Part shown: one piece after another, positions 46,912 through 57,783 of the stretch
How positions within the stretch are numbered: position 1 is the first letter of the stretch
How the letters are laid out: the number at the start of each line of letters is the position of its first letter
NCBI GenBank assembly: GCA_963727485.1
Contig: CAVSGM010000002.1
Span: forward strand, 1,632,001-1,696,000
Reading direction: 5' to 3'
Length of the DNA stretch: 64,000 nt
Source of the DNA: an uncultured delta proteobacterium
Lineage (GTDB): Bacteria > Myxococcota > Myxococcia > SLRQ01
Program-made: the position numbers and the translations under genes
Notes under the pieces: model-generated
Databases searched by the model: none
What the model was told of the DNA's origin: nothing
Seen by the model: only the letters and a program-made list of their open reading frames with translations

Positions 46912-46943
46912 TGTCCCGAGCTGACACAGGTCTGCGCGATGGT
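46912..46943 (+). promoter_or_regulatory. Putative WYL-responsive promoter, copy 1 (upstream of the WYL gene)
   Basis: TGTC-ccgagct-GACA-N11-GATGGT. Confidence 0.55.
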
Positions 46944-47059
46944 TTCCGGCGCTCGGGATCCCCCCGCTGGGACCCGGGTGTTCGACAGCGAACAAGTCCC
47001 TAGGGAGCGCTTGCCAGTCGCCGGTGGGCGCGGTAGGCGAGGGTGGGGGTCAAGGACAC

Positions 47060-48106
47060 GTGAGAGGCGCGCAGGCAGCTCGGATCATCCGCTTGATGCT
47101 CCTCTTGGGAGCGCGGCGGACGGGCCTGACCATCGCGGAGATGCAGGAGGCGCTGAACGTCTCCCATCGCACGGTGTACCGGGACCTGGAGGTCCTCGGC
47201 GAGCTCGGGGTGCCGCTGACCAACGAGAAGGACGGCCGCAACACGGTCTACCAGCTCCTCGAGGGCGACCGCTGGCAGCTCGGGGTGCCGCTGGGGCTCG
47301 CGGAGATCGTGGCGCTGCACCTGGGGGTCGACCTCCTGCGGGTGCAGGGCGGGGCGGCGTGGTCGGAGGCGGCGGTGGCGGCGCTGGAGAAGCTCGACGC
47401 GGCGGTGCCCGGGAAGCTTTTGGCGCGGCTCGAGGAGGCGCTGGGCGGGGTGAGCGTGTCGACCCGGGGCCGGCGGCCGTATGAGGCGCGGCAGGAGATC
47501 CTGGCGACGCTGACCCGGGCGGTGCAGGAGGGGCGGCCGCTGGACATCGCGTACCTGAAGCCCGGGGATGGGTCGCGGCCCACACGCCGGCACCTGCATC
47601 CCCTGGCGGTGCGCCTGGAGCACGGGGGTGCGTACCTGGTGGCCCTCGACGTCGAGCTCGGCGAGCTGCGGACCTTCCTCGCCGACCGGGTGCAGATGGC
47701 GACGGTGGGCGAGGGGCGCTTCGAGCGGCCGCCGGGCTTCGCGGTGGACGACTACTTCGCCCAGGCGTTCCAGGTGCACCTCGGCGGGCCGCTGGTGAAG
47801 CTGCGCGCCGAGTTCGCGCCGCGGGTGGCGCACCTGGTGACCGAGCGGCGCTGGCACCCCTCGCAGCGGGCGCGGCACCTGGAGGACGGCGGGGTGTCGC
47901 TGGCGATGCAGGTGCGCGACACGCCGGAGCTGCGGGCGTGGCTGCTGGGGTTCGGGGGCGACGTGGTGGTCACGGCGCCCAAGGCGCTGGCCCGGGCGAT
48001 GGCCGAGGAGGCCGGGCGCATGGCGGCCGGGTATGCCGAGGCGCGGGGGCGCGAGAAGCGGGGCGGGCAGGTGGCGGCGCGGAGGCGGGGGCGGTCCGAT
48101 GATTGA
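47060..48106 (+). CDS. HTH-WYL-WCX transcriptional regulator (PafB/PafC/DriD-like)
   Basis: VSHRTVYRDL HTH; HPL....GGAYLVA.D..RTFLADRV; WHPSQ; WLLGFG. Confidence 0.9.
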   Translation: MRGAQAARIIRLMLLLGARRTGLTIAEMQEALNVSHRTVYRDLEVLGELGVPLTNEKDGRNTVYQLLEGDRWQLGVPLGLAEIVALHLGVDLLRVQGGAAWSEAAVAALEKLDAAVPGKLLARLEEALGGVSVSTRGRRPYEARQEILATLTRAVQEGRPLDIAYLKPGDGSRPTRRHLHPLAVRLEHGGAYLVALDVELGELRTFLADRVQMATVGEGRFERPPGFAVDDYFAQAFQVHLGGPLVKLRAEFAPRVAHLVTERRWHPSQRARHLEDGGVSLAMQVRDTPELRAWLLGFGGDVVVTAPKALARAMAEEAGRMAAGYAEARGREKRGGQVAARRRGRSDD

Positions 48107-48160
48107 TCGTGTTGGCCGGGGTGCAAATCGTTCGTGCGGCCCAGATACAGGAGGACGTCA

Positions 48161-48347
48161 GTGGCCAAAGAACTCGAAAGCTTGACCGCCAAGTTCAGCT
48201 CCGTGACCGTCAAGGCGCTGTTTCCCTACCAGGCGGAGATGGCTACCGCGGATGACCTGCCGAAGCTGCTCGAGGTCCCGACCGGCGCGGGCAAGACGGC
48301 GGCCGCACCTGCTGGTGTTGCGGCAGGGGCGGGGGCGCGTCCGATGA
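48161..48347 (+). pseudogene. cas3: 5' remnant of a different cas3 helicase
   Basis: AGGAGG RBS; FPYQ (Q motif); LLEVPTGAGKTAAA (Walker A); homology then stops. Confidence 0.6.
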
Positions 48348-48412
48348 GACGTGAGCTCATTGTAGAGCTTGGCGAGCTCGGAGCCGAGCGCCGATCCAGG
48401 AGGAGATGACAC

Positions 48413-51176
48413 ATGAACGGGGTCCCTGCAGGAGCGAGGGCAGCGAAGGATTGCGAGACGCTCGTCGTGTCTGACGGCGAGGCCCAACGACTGTTGGCCG
48501 ACGCTATGGGGCTGGCAGACGGAGAATCCCCGTTTCCCTGGCAACTCCGCCTGCTCCGCCAACTTCGTCAGGGCAAGATACCTCGGTCGTTGGCGATTCC
48601 CACCGGGCTAGGGAAGACGGCGACGATGGCCATTTGGCTCCTTGCCAGAGGCCTTTGTGCCTCGGTCCCGCGGCGGCTAGTCTACATCGTTGATTGCCGT
48701 GCGGTCGTGGATCAAGCGACCCGCGTGGCGGAGCAACTGAAGACCTGGGTGGCCGAGAACGTTCGAGTCGCCGCGGGGCTTGGGCTCGACGGGACGGATC
48801 TGCCCGTCTCTACCCTGCGTGGCAAATTGGTGGACAACCGCGAGTGGCTTGAGGATCCCCCCTGTGCCAAGCAATCATCGTAGGGACGGTGGACATGATC
48901 GGCTCGCGGCTCCTGTTCGAGGGCTACCGTCGCGGTCACGCAAGATCCGGCCCTACTTGGCAGGACTCCTGGGGACAGGACAGCTTGTTCGTGTTGGACG
49001 AGGCGCACCTGTTCCGCCCTTCGAGCGCCTGCTTGAACGGATTGCCGCTGAAGGGCTCTACGACCTCTGGCCCTATCCCAAGATGCCGGCCTCGTGGCTC
49101 CCACCACCCCCGCGGCTCCTGTCTCTCTCGGCCACGGGAAGGTCGCACGGTCGGAGATCCGTTCGACCTGGACGACGAGGTTCGCACATCCCGTGGTTAA
49201 GCGGCGCATGGTCTTCACCGTCAAGCGGCTTCACGGTTGAGGACATCGGCCCGGATGGAGATCTCGCGGAACTCGCCGCGGAGCGCGCGTGGGAGTTCAC
49301 CGACGGGGGCGCGGCCGCTACGATGCCTCGTATATCTCAACAGCCGCGACGACGCCGAGAGGGCCCGCGATCACCTCCTGCAGCTGGCTGGCCTCCGGAA
49401 GCAGAGGAAGGGACAAGCGGCAGCGGCTGACGTGGAGTTGATGGTGGGGGCTCGCAGAGTGTTCGAGCGTACGGGGGCAGCCGACGCCCTGGAAAGGCTC
49501 GGGTATCTGGGAAGCGAAAAGGCGCCAGGAACGCGTCCGGCCTTTCTGTTCTCGACGTCGGCGGGCGAGGTCGGTGTGGACCTGGATGCGGACCACATGG
49601 TCTGCGATCTGGTCCCCTGGGAGAGAATGGTACAGCGACTGGGCCGCGTGAACCGGCGGGGCGCCAAGCAGGCACGGGTCGTCGTGCTTCGGGCGCCGCC
49701 AGCTAAGGATGAACCGCCAGAGATCGAGACACGACGAGACCGTGTTGTCGCGCTGATTGGCTCCCTCCCGGCCAACGAGGATGGATCTCGCGACGTGAGC
49801 CCGGGCGCACTCGACTCGCTCCAGCGCGCAGCGCGAGCAGATCCTGCCATTGCAGACACCATGCGGGAGGCGTCAACGCCCGATCCGCTCTACCCGCCGC
49901 TAGAGCGACCGACCGTCGAGGCCTGGTCGATGACGTCCTTGCGGCACCACCCGGGCAGACCGTCCATTGCCCCGTGGCTCCGCGGCTGGGGCAGAGACAA
50001 CCCGCAGACGGCGGTGACCTGGCGACGGCGGTTCCCGTGGAAGCCCAGTGACGCCGCGCCCGACCGGAGCGTCATCGAACAGTATCTGGAGGCAGCACCT
50101 CCACACGCCAGCGAGGTCCTGGAAACGGATACCTTCCGGGTCATCGCTTGGCTCACCAAACGCGCGCAAGCGCTGCTCAAACACGTCAGCGGGGAGCCCG
50201 GGGCAGAGGTGCTCGGTCGTCACTCGGTCGTCGCGGTCACACGCTCACGCGGCGTCAATGGCATCCGCGCCTGGTCGCTGGACACTCTTGCGGCCTCTGG
50301 AGCGAAGGGCGAGCTCCAGAACGTCTTGCCTGGAGCCGACCTGGTGTTGCACGCCGACATGGCCGGCCTCGGGTTCGGCCTGCTGGATCCCAGGATCAGG
50401 AGGCACCGGTCACGCTTGACGGGGAGCCGGGCAGTTGGATCGAGGTTCCCTTTCGCATCAGAGAAACCGACATGCCGGAGCCAACATCGGATCCGGGATG
50501 GTACGAGAGACTCCGCTTTCCAGTGCTGCGTAGCCCAGACAACGAGGAGGCTACCCGTTGGCTGGTTGTGGAGAAGCTCCGCGCCGACTCGACAACCGAG
50601 GAGGACCGGTCAGCGGGGCGTCCGCAACTGCTGGAGGAACATCACAGTTGGACCGCCGAGCGCGCTCACGCGCTAGCGCGGCGGCTCGAGCTCTCCGAAG
50701 CGGCATCGCGAGTGCTGAGAATCGCAGGTCGTCTACACGACGAGGGGAAGAAGTCGCATCGTTGGCAAGGTGCTTTTCGTGCACCGTCAGCGCCGCCGGG
50801 CCCCTATGCCAAGACGCGTGGTCCGGTAAGTGTTCATCTGCTCGATGGGTACCGACACGAGTTCGGTTCACTCCCATACGCCGAGCGTGACGCCGAACTC
50901 CAAGACCTGCCCGAAGACCAGCGGGACCTGGTCCTTCACCTCATTGCGAGCCACCACGGCTTCGCCCGTCCAGTGATCTCCACCTCAGGGTGCGAGGACA
51001 TCCCCCCGTCCAGGCTCGAGATGCGTGCGGGTGAGGTCGCAGAGCGCTTCTGGGTGCTCCAGGAGCGATGGGGACCTTGGGGGCTCGCTTGGTGGGAGTC
51101 TCTGCTGAGAGCCGCCGACCAGCAGGCCTCGCGAGACAACGACGGGAGACCGGATGAGCGTAGGAAGGAGCCATAG
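48413..51176 (+). CDS. cas3: Type I-G (I-U) Cas3 helicase with C-terminal HD nuclease, multiple frameshifts
   Basis: PFPWQ, IPTGLGKT, PRRLVYIVD, DMIGSRLLF, DEAH, STSAGEVGVDLD, QRLGRVNRRG, LHDEGK, RHEFGS, ASHHG, RAAD. Confidence 0.9.
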
Positions 51177-52079
51177 ATGGCGGTCGCATCCATTCCAGTC
51201 GATCTTTTGAACCCCGGTCAGGTGTTCGGCTGCATTGGCCTCCTGGAATTGGCCGAGCTCTTGATCGGAGGAAGCAGCGGCGCTTTCGATTGGAGCCATC
51301 CGGAAGACACACGCTTCCGGCTGAGCGTCGGCGGCAATGAGGATCCCATCGCAGCCGGTCTGAAGTTCCTGGCGGAGGCAGAGGTTCACGCCATTCGGCC
51401 GACGGTTTCGGAGCTGGACACATCGAAGTGGAACGTGCCCTGCAGGGCGATTGCGGCGGGGGAGCCGTTCCCGATTCCGCCGCCGTCAAGTCCGGCGACG
51501 CTTCCCGCGGTACTGACCGCCCGGGGTCATTCACTGGCGGTGTCGTCCTGGGGCGAGGGCAATCTGCCCCAGGCCGTGACCTCCCGGCGGGATAACGTCA
51601 AGTTCTGGGCCGGGAGCGGCGGTTACCCGGGTGTTGCCCTTCAGGACGCACTTGAGCTGGTGCGCGGCCAGATCGCCGAGGCGGGCGCCAACCCCTTCTC
51701 GGTGTCGGCTCCGCAGACCAGCAGCTTCCGCTTTGACTGGAGGCGCGACTACATCCCAATTGACATCGGATTCTCGCTCAACGCGCACGAGACGATTCAG
51801 CCGCAAGGCTATCCTCTCGTCGAGATCCTTGCTGCCATTGGGCTGGCGCACGCGCGGCCGCAAAGGCGCAGCAAGCTGGAATACAGATACGGCGTGCTCT
51901 CGCTGCCTCCAGATGGGCCAGCGCCCGACGGCGATCTCCTGGCTCCGCCCTTTCTTCGAGCTGGTCTAGGCGGTGCGCCGCTCCCCTTTCCATCCCGCAT
52001 CTTCACGATGAACCTCGGGCTGGCCCGCAAAGGAAGGACAGGCCCGGTGCATCACCACCGTTTCCAGGAGAATGCCTGA
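51177..52079 (+). CDS. cas8: Type I-G/I-U large subunit (short Cas8u/Cas8c-like)
   Basis: IPVDLLNPGQVF.C.GLLE, KFWAG, FRFDWR...ID.GFS, VEILAAIGL; lies between cas3 and cas7. Confidence 0.75.
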   Translation: MAVASIPVDLLNPGQVFGCIGLLELAELLIGGSSGAFDWSHPEDTRFRLSVGGNEDPIAAGLKFLAEAEVHAIRPTVSELDTSKWNVPCRAIAAGEPFPIPPPSSPATLPAVLTARGHSLAVSSWGEGNLPQAVTSRRDNVKFWAGSGGYPGVALQDALELVRGQIAEAGANPFSVSAPQTSSFRFDWRRDYIPIDIGFSLNAHETIQPQGYPLVEILAAIGLAHARPQRRSKLEYRYGVLSLPPDGPAPDGDLLAPPFLRAGLGGAPLPFPSRIFTMNLGLARKGRTGPVHHHRFQENA

Positions 52080-53155
52080 TGACTGCCGTGCCACTGGACA
52101 ACGCTGTGATCGATGGATGGGCGACCGAGGCCAACGGGCCTGTTGCGCTTCACTACCGCCAGCACCTGCTCCCGATCGAGGGCCGCGGAGCAGTCTTCTT
52201 TCCACCCACCTTCGCGGGTGGCGGCTACAACATCGACGACCTTCCCGATGGGACCCGGGTCGTCCTCGTAGACACCGTAGGGTCGCAGGCCAACCGGATG
52301 GAGCCCCTCTTCAGAGAAGACGAACGCCTTCGCTCCCTGGTGCCCCAAATCGAGATCACGTATGGCGACGCGAAACAGGGTACCGACGGCAGCACCTCGC
52401 TCCTCGAAGCGGGGCATCGGTTGGGTGATGCGCTGGTGCGCTGCACCGAGCTTCGGGAGGATGCCCGGTCCGCCTTTCAGGCGCTTCTCAGGAGGGATGA
52501 TGCGACGCCACTCGCGAAGTTGGCGCCAACGTCACTCGTCTTCGGCGCTTGGGATTCGCGCGACACGATGGCGAAGGTGCCCAGGATCGTCCAAAGCGTC
52601 ATTCGGGCCTGGGACGTCTTAGACCAGCTGACGCGCTCGGCCCAGTACTCACCGGCACTGGACTATGCGGCCCTCGACGTCTTCACAGAAGCGGAGAAGG
52701 AGAAGGCGGAGACAAAGGCGAACAGTGACTTGGCCAAGCGTGGGTTTGTGCACGTCCCCGCAGTCGGGAGCCACGGTGGCGTCGTCGCCTATGGGCCGAT
52801 CCAGCGTGACGTGACGGTCAACCTCATCGCCCTTCGACGGCTTGGTGGAGTCAACCGCGACGCGTTGCGACGGTACGTGCTAGGACTTTCCTTGGTAGCA
52901 GCGACCGCGCCACAAGACCCATTTCTGCGCCAGGGCTGCATGTTGGTACCCGACGTCGAACGGCCCGGATGTTGGGAGGGGGTCAACCGGGACGGAACCC
53001 GGTCGGAGGTGGCACTTACCTTTGATGGCGCCCTCGACTACGCCGGCCGGGTGGCCAAGGCGTTTGGCGTCGGCGAGAGCAGGACGACCCGCTTCGACAA
53101 GAGCCTGGCGAAGGCGGATGCGGCTGAAGGCAAGAAGAAGGGCAAGTCCAAGTGA
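52079..53155 (+). CDS. csb1: Type I-G Cas7 (Csb1)
   Basis: FFPPTF, VDTVGSQANRME, GHRLGDA, PTSLVFGAWDSR, LRQGC.L. Confidence 0.9.
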   Translation: MTAVPLDNAVIDGWATEANGPVALHYRQHLLPIEGRGAVFFPPTFAGGGYNIDDLPDGTRVVLVDTVGSQANRMEPLFREDERLRSLVPQIEITYGDAKQGTDGSTSLLEAGHRLGDALVRCTELREDARSAFQALLRRDDATPLAKLAPTSLVFGAWDSRDTMAKVPRIVQSVIRAWDVLDQLTRSAQYSPALDYAALDVFTEAEKEKAETKANSDLAKRGFVHVPAVGSHGGVVAYGPIQRDVTVNLIALRRLGGVNRDALRRYVLGLSLVAATAPQDPFLRQGCMLVPDVERPGCWEGVNRDGTRSEVALTFDGALDYAGRVAKAFGVGESRTTRFDKSLAKADAAEGKKKGKSK

Positions 53156-55361
53156 GCTCGCGAGGCGCTTCCGAGCTGCTGCTGACGGTCCGTTTCCTCG
53201 ATGGCCGCTACCACGGTCAGCCGGAGTGGCCGCCGGCTCCCGCTCGACTGTTCCAGGCACTTGTGGCGGGTAGCGCGCGAGGTGGGCGACTGGAGCCGGA
53301 GGATGCAGCCGCCCTGGAATGGCTCGAGTGCTTGCCGCCGCCAGTCGTCGGGGCGCCGACCGCGTGGCCTGGCCGCTCGTTGAAGCTCTGGGTCCCGAAT
53401 AACGACCTTGACAGCAAGGGAGGGGATCCGGCGGACGTGTCGGACATTCGCACGGGCAAAACGGTGAGGCCGATGCTCTTCGATGCGTCGGTCCCGTTGC
53501 TGTACGCTTGGCGCTACGCGACCACCGATGAAGACGCGGCGGCGCGCGTCGCTAGCCTAGCGAGGGAACTTCATCAGCTCGGACGCGGTGTCGACAGCGC
53601 GTGGGCGGTCGCGCGGCGAATGCCACCTGACGATCTTGCGGCGTTGCTCGAGGATTACGAGGGACAGGTCGATCCGAGTTCTCCGGGTGCGGTCTCGAAA
53701 GGCAATGTACTAGCTGTCCTCGCCCCGGCTCGCTGGCGAGTGTGGACGCACGGTATTCCGCCTTCCTCGAACGCTTTCATTTCGAGGGTGATGGACAAGG
53801 CACGACCCAGGTATTTCGGCAACCTCCGAAGGCCATGTTCTCCTTGGTGGCGTACGATGCTCCACCAGCTCGGCTCTTGTTCGACCTGCGTAGGTCACCG
53901 GACACGACAGGCTACGCCGTCACCCCCTTGACGCGCGTGTCCAGGCTTGCCGAAGCGGTACGGGATGCCGTGGCTGCACGACTCAAGGAGGCCCTGCCTG
54001 ACGAGGAGACGGACATCGCGACGAGCCCTGGTCGGGCGCCGCATCGAGGGGCTTCCCCGGGTACCGTCCGAAGCACGGGTTCGCATCCTTCCACTTCCTC
54101 GAATCGGTCATGCCCATGCGGATCGCAGTGTTCGTCGAGTGCTCGTTGAGATACCGGCAGCGAGCCCAATCCGGCGGGACGACCTCGAACTGGGCATTTC
54201 AGGAGCCGAATTGCACGCGCCGGACGGATCGGATGCCATCCTGCTGCGCGCGGCGGACTGGAGCATGGCGCACCACTATGGCGTGGAGCCCCGTCCTGGA
54301 AGCGGCTCGCGTCTATGGCGGTCGATTTCTGCCGTTGCATTGCCCCCCGGGCGATGGCGGAGCGATCTGCGTGGTTGGACGCAGGACTCGGACCCGGCCG
54401 CACGGCGTGGCGAAGAGGAGGCTCGCGCCCGTCGTGCCGTCTCAGAGAATCTCAAGGCACGCGGGCGTCCGAGCGCGGCCAGCAAGGAATCCAGGTGCAA
54501 CGCGAGCCCTTTGAACCAGGAAAAGGGCGCCCGCGCTGAAGCCTTCGCGCTCGGCACGCGTTTCGCGAAGGAGCGGATGTGGCACGTCGAGGATCGCCTT
54601 CCACGACCCCGTAGCCGGACCACTGGTTATCGGAGACGGGCGTTCTCTCGGGCTCGGGCTCTTGAGGCCGTGTGATGATGGTGCCAGGGGCGTTGCTGTT
54701 TCGCGTACGCCATGGGCTGGCAGAGGGCGCCCCCGCCCTCGAAATAGCCCAGGCGTTGCGGCGTGCAGTGATGTCACGGTTCCAGCGAACAATCGGTGAG
54801 GCGCGGGACCTTCCGGCCTTCGTTAGCGGTCATGATGCGTCCGGCAGGCCGGCGGAGGACGTCCCCCATCTTTCCTTCGTCTTCGAGCCTCGAGGACGTC
54901 GCCTGATGGTCGTGGCACCACACATGGTCGAAAGACGCGGGCCCCATGGGGGTGAGCAGGGCAAACTGCGCACGCTCCGACGAGCGCTGGACGACTTCAC
55001 GCAACTGCTCGCGGGAAGGTATGGGAACCTTCAGCTCGACGAGGAAGGATACACCCTAGAAGGAGACCCACTTTTCGCACCAGCTCGCCGGTGGGCCTCG
55101 GCTACGCCCTATGTTGTCAACCGACACCGTGCTGCGGTGACAGCTAAGGCAGCGCTGGCCGCCGACCTTGAATTTGCCTGCCGTGATGCGGGTCTTCCGA
55201 AGCCGCACGTGGAGGTACTGGAAACCTGGGGGATGCCGGGCGTTGGTCTGGCCGGACGGGCGGAGCTTCTATTCAAGGTGGCCGTCTCCGGTCCCCTCCT
55301 TCTGGGCCGGTTGCGGTACAAGGGCGGGGGCCTCTTCGAGCATGCCGAGGCGTCAGCCTGA
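53152..55361 (+). CDS. csb2: Type I-G Csb2 (Cas5/Cas6 fusion), long form, frameshifted
   Basis: GRYHG..EWPPAPARLFQALVA, VPNND, LGRG.D; G-rich loops GPLVIGDGR.LGLG (~54620) and GPLLLGRLRYKGGGLF (~55300). Confidence 0.85.
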
Positions 55362-55510
55362 TCCCGGTGGGCCGGCCCTCTAAGGAGGCGCTCGCTCCGG
55401 GGAGGCGTACCAGGCCGTGATGTTGTCTGCAGCGAGGAGCTCTGGCTTGGCAATTGCCCTCGGTTACGGTGCGCACCTCAGTCTCGCTCTCTTCGTCCTA
55501 GACGACACTG

Positions 55511-55542
55511 TGTCCTGATCCGGCACGGCGGCAATTCAGGAT
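55511..55542 (+). promoter_or_regulatory. Putative WYL-responsive promoter, copy 2 (upstream of cas4/1)
   Basis: TGTC-ctgatcc-GGCA-N11-CAGGAT. Confidence 0.6.
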
Positions 55543-55609
55543 CCTCCACGGGCCCAACCGACCGGCACGGGTAAGCCCGATGCGCCGACTCGGCGCCGAG
55601 GAGGATCCC

Positions 55610-57262
55610 ATGGCAGAGACGGAAGCGCCGGCCCTGGTGCCGGTTCGCATGCTCAACGAGTTCGCCTACTGCCCCCGGCTCTTCTACCTGGAGTGGGTGC
55701 AGGGGGAGTGGGCGGACAACCTGTTCACCGAGCACGGGCGGCTGACGCACCGGCGCGCCGACAAGCCGGGTGGCGAGGTGCCGGCGCCCGAGTCGGACAC
55801 GCCCTTCGTGGCGCGCTCGGTGTCGGCGGCGGCGCCGCGGATCGGGCTCACCACCAAGGTCGACGTGCTCGAGGGCGACGGCGGCGAGGTGGTGCCGGTG
55901 GAGTACAAGCGCGGCCGGCCGGCGCCGGTGCCCGAGCAGGTCTACGAGCCGGAGCGGGTGCAGGTGTGCGCCCAGGGGCTGGTGCTCCGGGAGAACGGGT
56001 ACCCGGTCACCCACGGCGAGATCTACTTCGCCCAGACCCGGGAGCGGGTCGAGGTGCCCTTCGACGAGGCGCTGGTGGCGCGGACCCTGGAGCTGCTCGA
56101 GGCGCTGCGACGGTGCGCCGATGAGGGAGAGATCCCGGGGCCCCTCGACGACAGCCCCAAGTGCATCGGGTGCTCGCTCAATGCGATCTGCCTTCCTGAC
56201 GAGGTGCACCTGCTCCAGGGCGGGGCCCCGGCGCAGCCCCGGCAGCTCACGCCGGCGCGCGACGACGCGCTGCCCCTCTACGTGCAGGAGCAGGGGGCGC
56301 GCGTCGGGATCGACGGAGACTGCCTGGCGGTACGGGATCGGGCCAAGCACAAGATCGCCGAGGCGCGGCTGCTGGAGACGTCCCAGGTCTGCGTCTACGG
56401 CAACGTGCAGGTGTCGACCCAGGCGCTGCGGAGGTTGGCGTCGGAGGGGATGCCGGTGTCGCTGTTCAGCTATGGCGGGTGGTTCTACGGCCGCCTGGTG
56501 GGCAACGGGCACAAGAACATCGAGGTCCGCCGGGCGCAGTTCCGGGCGGCGGACAGCACCGCGTGGTGCCTGCGCTTCGCGCGGCGCATCGTGCAGGCGA
56601 AGATCGCCAACAGCCGGACGATGATCCGTCGCAACCACCCGGAGCCACCGCGGCGGGTGCTCGACGGCCTGAAGGCCGCGCGTGACCTGGTGGACGGGGC
56701 GGAGAGCCTCGCCTCGCTCCTCGGGGTGGAGGGGACGGCGGCGCGGCTCTACTTCGGGGCGCTGCCGGGGGCGTTCAAGGGGGCGGGGCTGGCCTTCGAC
56801 TTCGAGGGGCGCAACCGGCGGCCGCCGGCGGACCCGGTGAACGCGCTCTTGTCCTTCGTCTACAGCCTGCTGGCCAAGGACTGGACGGTGACGCTGGCGG
56901 CGGTGGGGCTCGACCCGTACCTGGGCTTCTACCACCAGCCGCGCTACGGCCGGCCGGCGCTGGCGCTCGACCTGATGGAGGAGTTCCGCCCGATTGTCGC
57001 CGACTCCACGGTCCTGCAGGTGGTGAACAACGGAGTGGTCCGGGAGAAGGACTTCATCCGCAACGGGCTGGGCGTGGGGCTCAAGCCCGGGGCCCGCAAG
57101 CGGGTCATCGAGGCGTACGAGCGGCGGATGTCGCAGCTCGTGACCCACCCGGTGTTCGGCTACCGGGTGAGCTACCGGCGCATCCTCGAGGTGCAGGCGC
57201 GGTTGCTGTCGCGGCACCTGCTCGGCGAGATCCCCGAGTACCCACAGTTCGTGACGAGGTGA
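55610..57262 (+). CDS. cas1: Cas4-Cas1 fusion
   Basis: NEFAYCPR, VEYKRG, KCIGCSLNAICLP (Cas4); GVEGTAA, RNRRPP.DPVNALLS, GFYH, ALDLMEEFRP (Cas1). Confidence 0.97.
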   Translation: MAETEAPALVPVRMLNEFAYCPRLFYLEWVQGEWADNLFTEHGRLTHRRADKPGGEVPAPESDTPFVARSVSAAAPRIGLTTKVDVLEGDGGEVVPVEYKRGRPAPVPEQVYEPERVQVCAQGLVLRENGYPVTHGEIYFAQTRERVEVPFDEALVARTLELLEALRRCADEGEIPGPLDDSPKCIGCSLNAICLPDEVHLLQGGAPAQPRQLTPARDDALPLYVQEQGARVGIDGDCLAVRDRAKHKIAEARLLETSQVCVYGNVQVSTQALRRLASEGMPVSLFSYGGWFYGRLVGNGHKNIEVRRAQFRAADSTAWCLRFARRIVQAKIANSRTMIRRNHPEPPRRVLDGLKAARDLVDGAESLASLLGVEGTAARLYFGALPGAFKGAGLAFDFEGRNRRPPADPVNALLSFVYSLLAKDWTVTLAAVGLDPYLGFYHQPRYGRPALALDLMEEFRPIVADSTVLQVVNNGVVREKDFIRNGLGVGLKPGARKRVIEAYERRMSQLVTHPVFGYRVSYRRILEVQARLLSRHLLGEIPEYPQFVTR

Positions 57263-57265
57263 GCG

Positions 57266-57556
57266 GTGCGTTCGGTCTACCTCGTGACCTACGACATCTC
57301 CGACCCCAAGCGGCTGCGGCGGGTGTTCAAGGTGATGCACGGCTTCGGACAGCACATCCAGCTCTCGGTGTTCCGGTGCACCTTGGGCGATCGGCAGCGG
57401 GTGCAGCTCGAGGCGGCCTTACTGGGCGAGATGAACCTCGAGGAGGACCAGGCGCTCATCGTGGATCTCGGGCCCGAGGCGGGGCGGGGCGCCAAGGCAA
57501 TCCACTCGGTGGGGCAGCACTACGAGCCCCCTGGTCGGGGACCACTCGTGCTATGA
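57266..57556 (+). CDS. cas2: Cas2
   Basis: YLVTYDISDPKRLRRV, IQLSVF. Confidence 0.95.
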   Translation: MRSVYLVTYDISDPKRLRRVFKVMHGFGQHIQLSVFRCTLGDRQRVQLEAALLGEMNLEEDQALIVDLGPEAGRGAKAIHSVGQHYEPPGRGPLVL

Positions 57557-57783
57557 ATGCTTGGGTCTGTGGCAGGGGAATAGCGCGTCAGGCGGCGCGA
57601 GCGGTCCGGTGGTGGCAGTTTGCCGGGGACCGCTCGCGACCGCCAAGGTGCCGGACTTTGGGCTCCTCCGGCGCTGGTGCCCGGTGCCGGCCCGTCTCGC
57701 GAGCGCTCGGTACCGCTCGCCGCCGGCACCGCTCGAAAGGGCTGTCGTATCATTGCGGGATCGCAGGTAGAATCGCGAGAGCT
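57557..57783 (+). promoter_or_regulatory. CRISPR leader
   Basis: Between cas2 and the first repeat; inverted repeat gcgagcggtcc/ggaccgctcgc (57597-57637); repeated ACCGCTCG; TAGAAT just before repeat 1. Confidence 0.8.

Noticed and set aside
48413..55361. Cas effector genes as pseudogenes
   Set aside because: Similar indels break purF, proV, FAAL and others, pointing to sequencing error. The higher density here leaves decay possible but unproven.
55550..55570. Target of the solitary-repeat spacer in the cas4/1 5' region
   Set aside because: Only about 10/12 nt match, to the non-seed end, with no PAM support; expected by chance at this GC.
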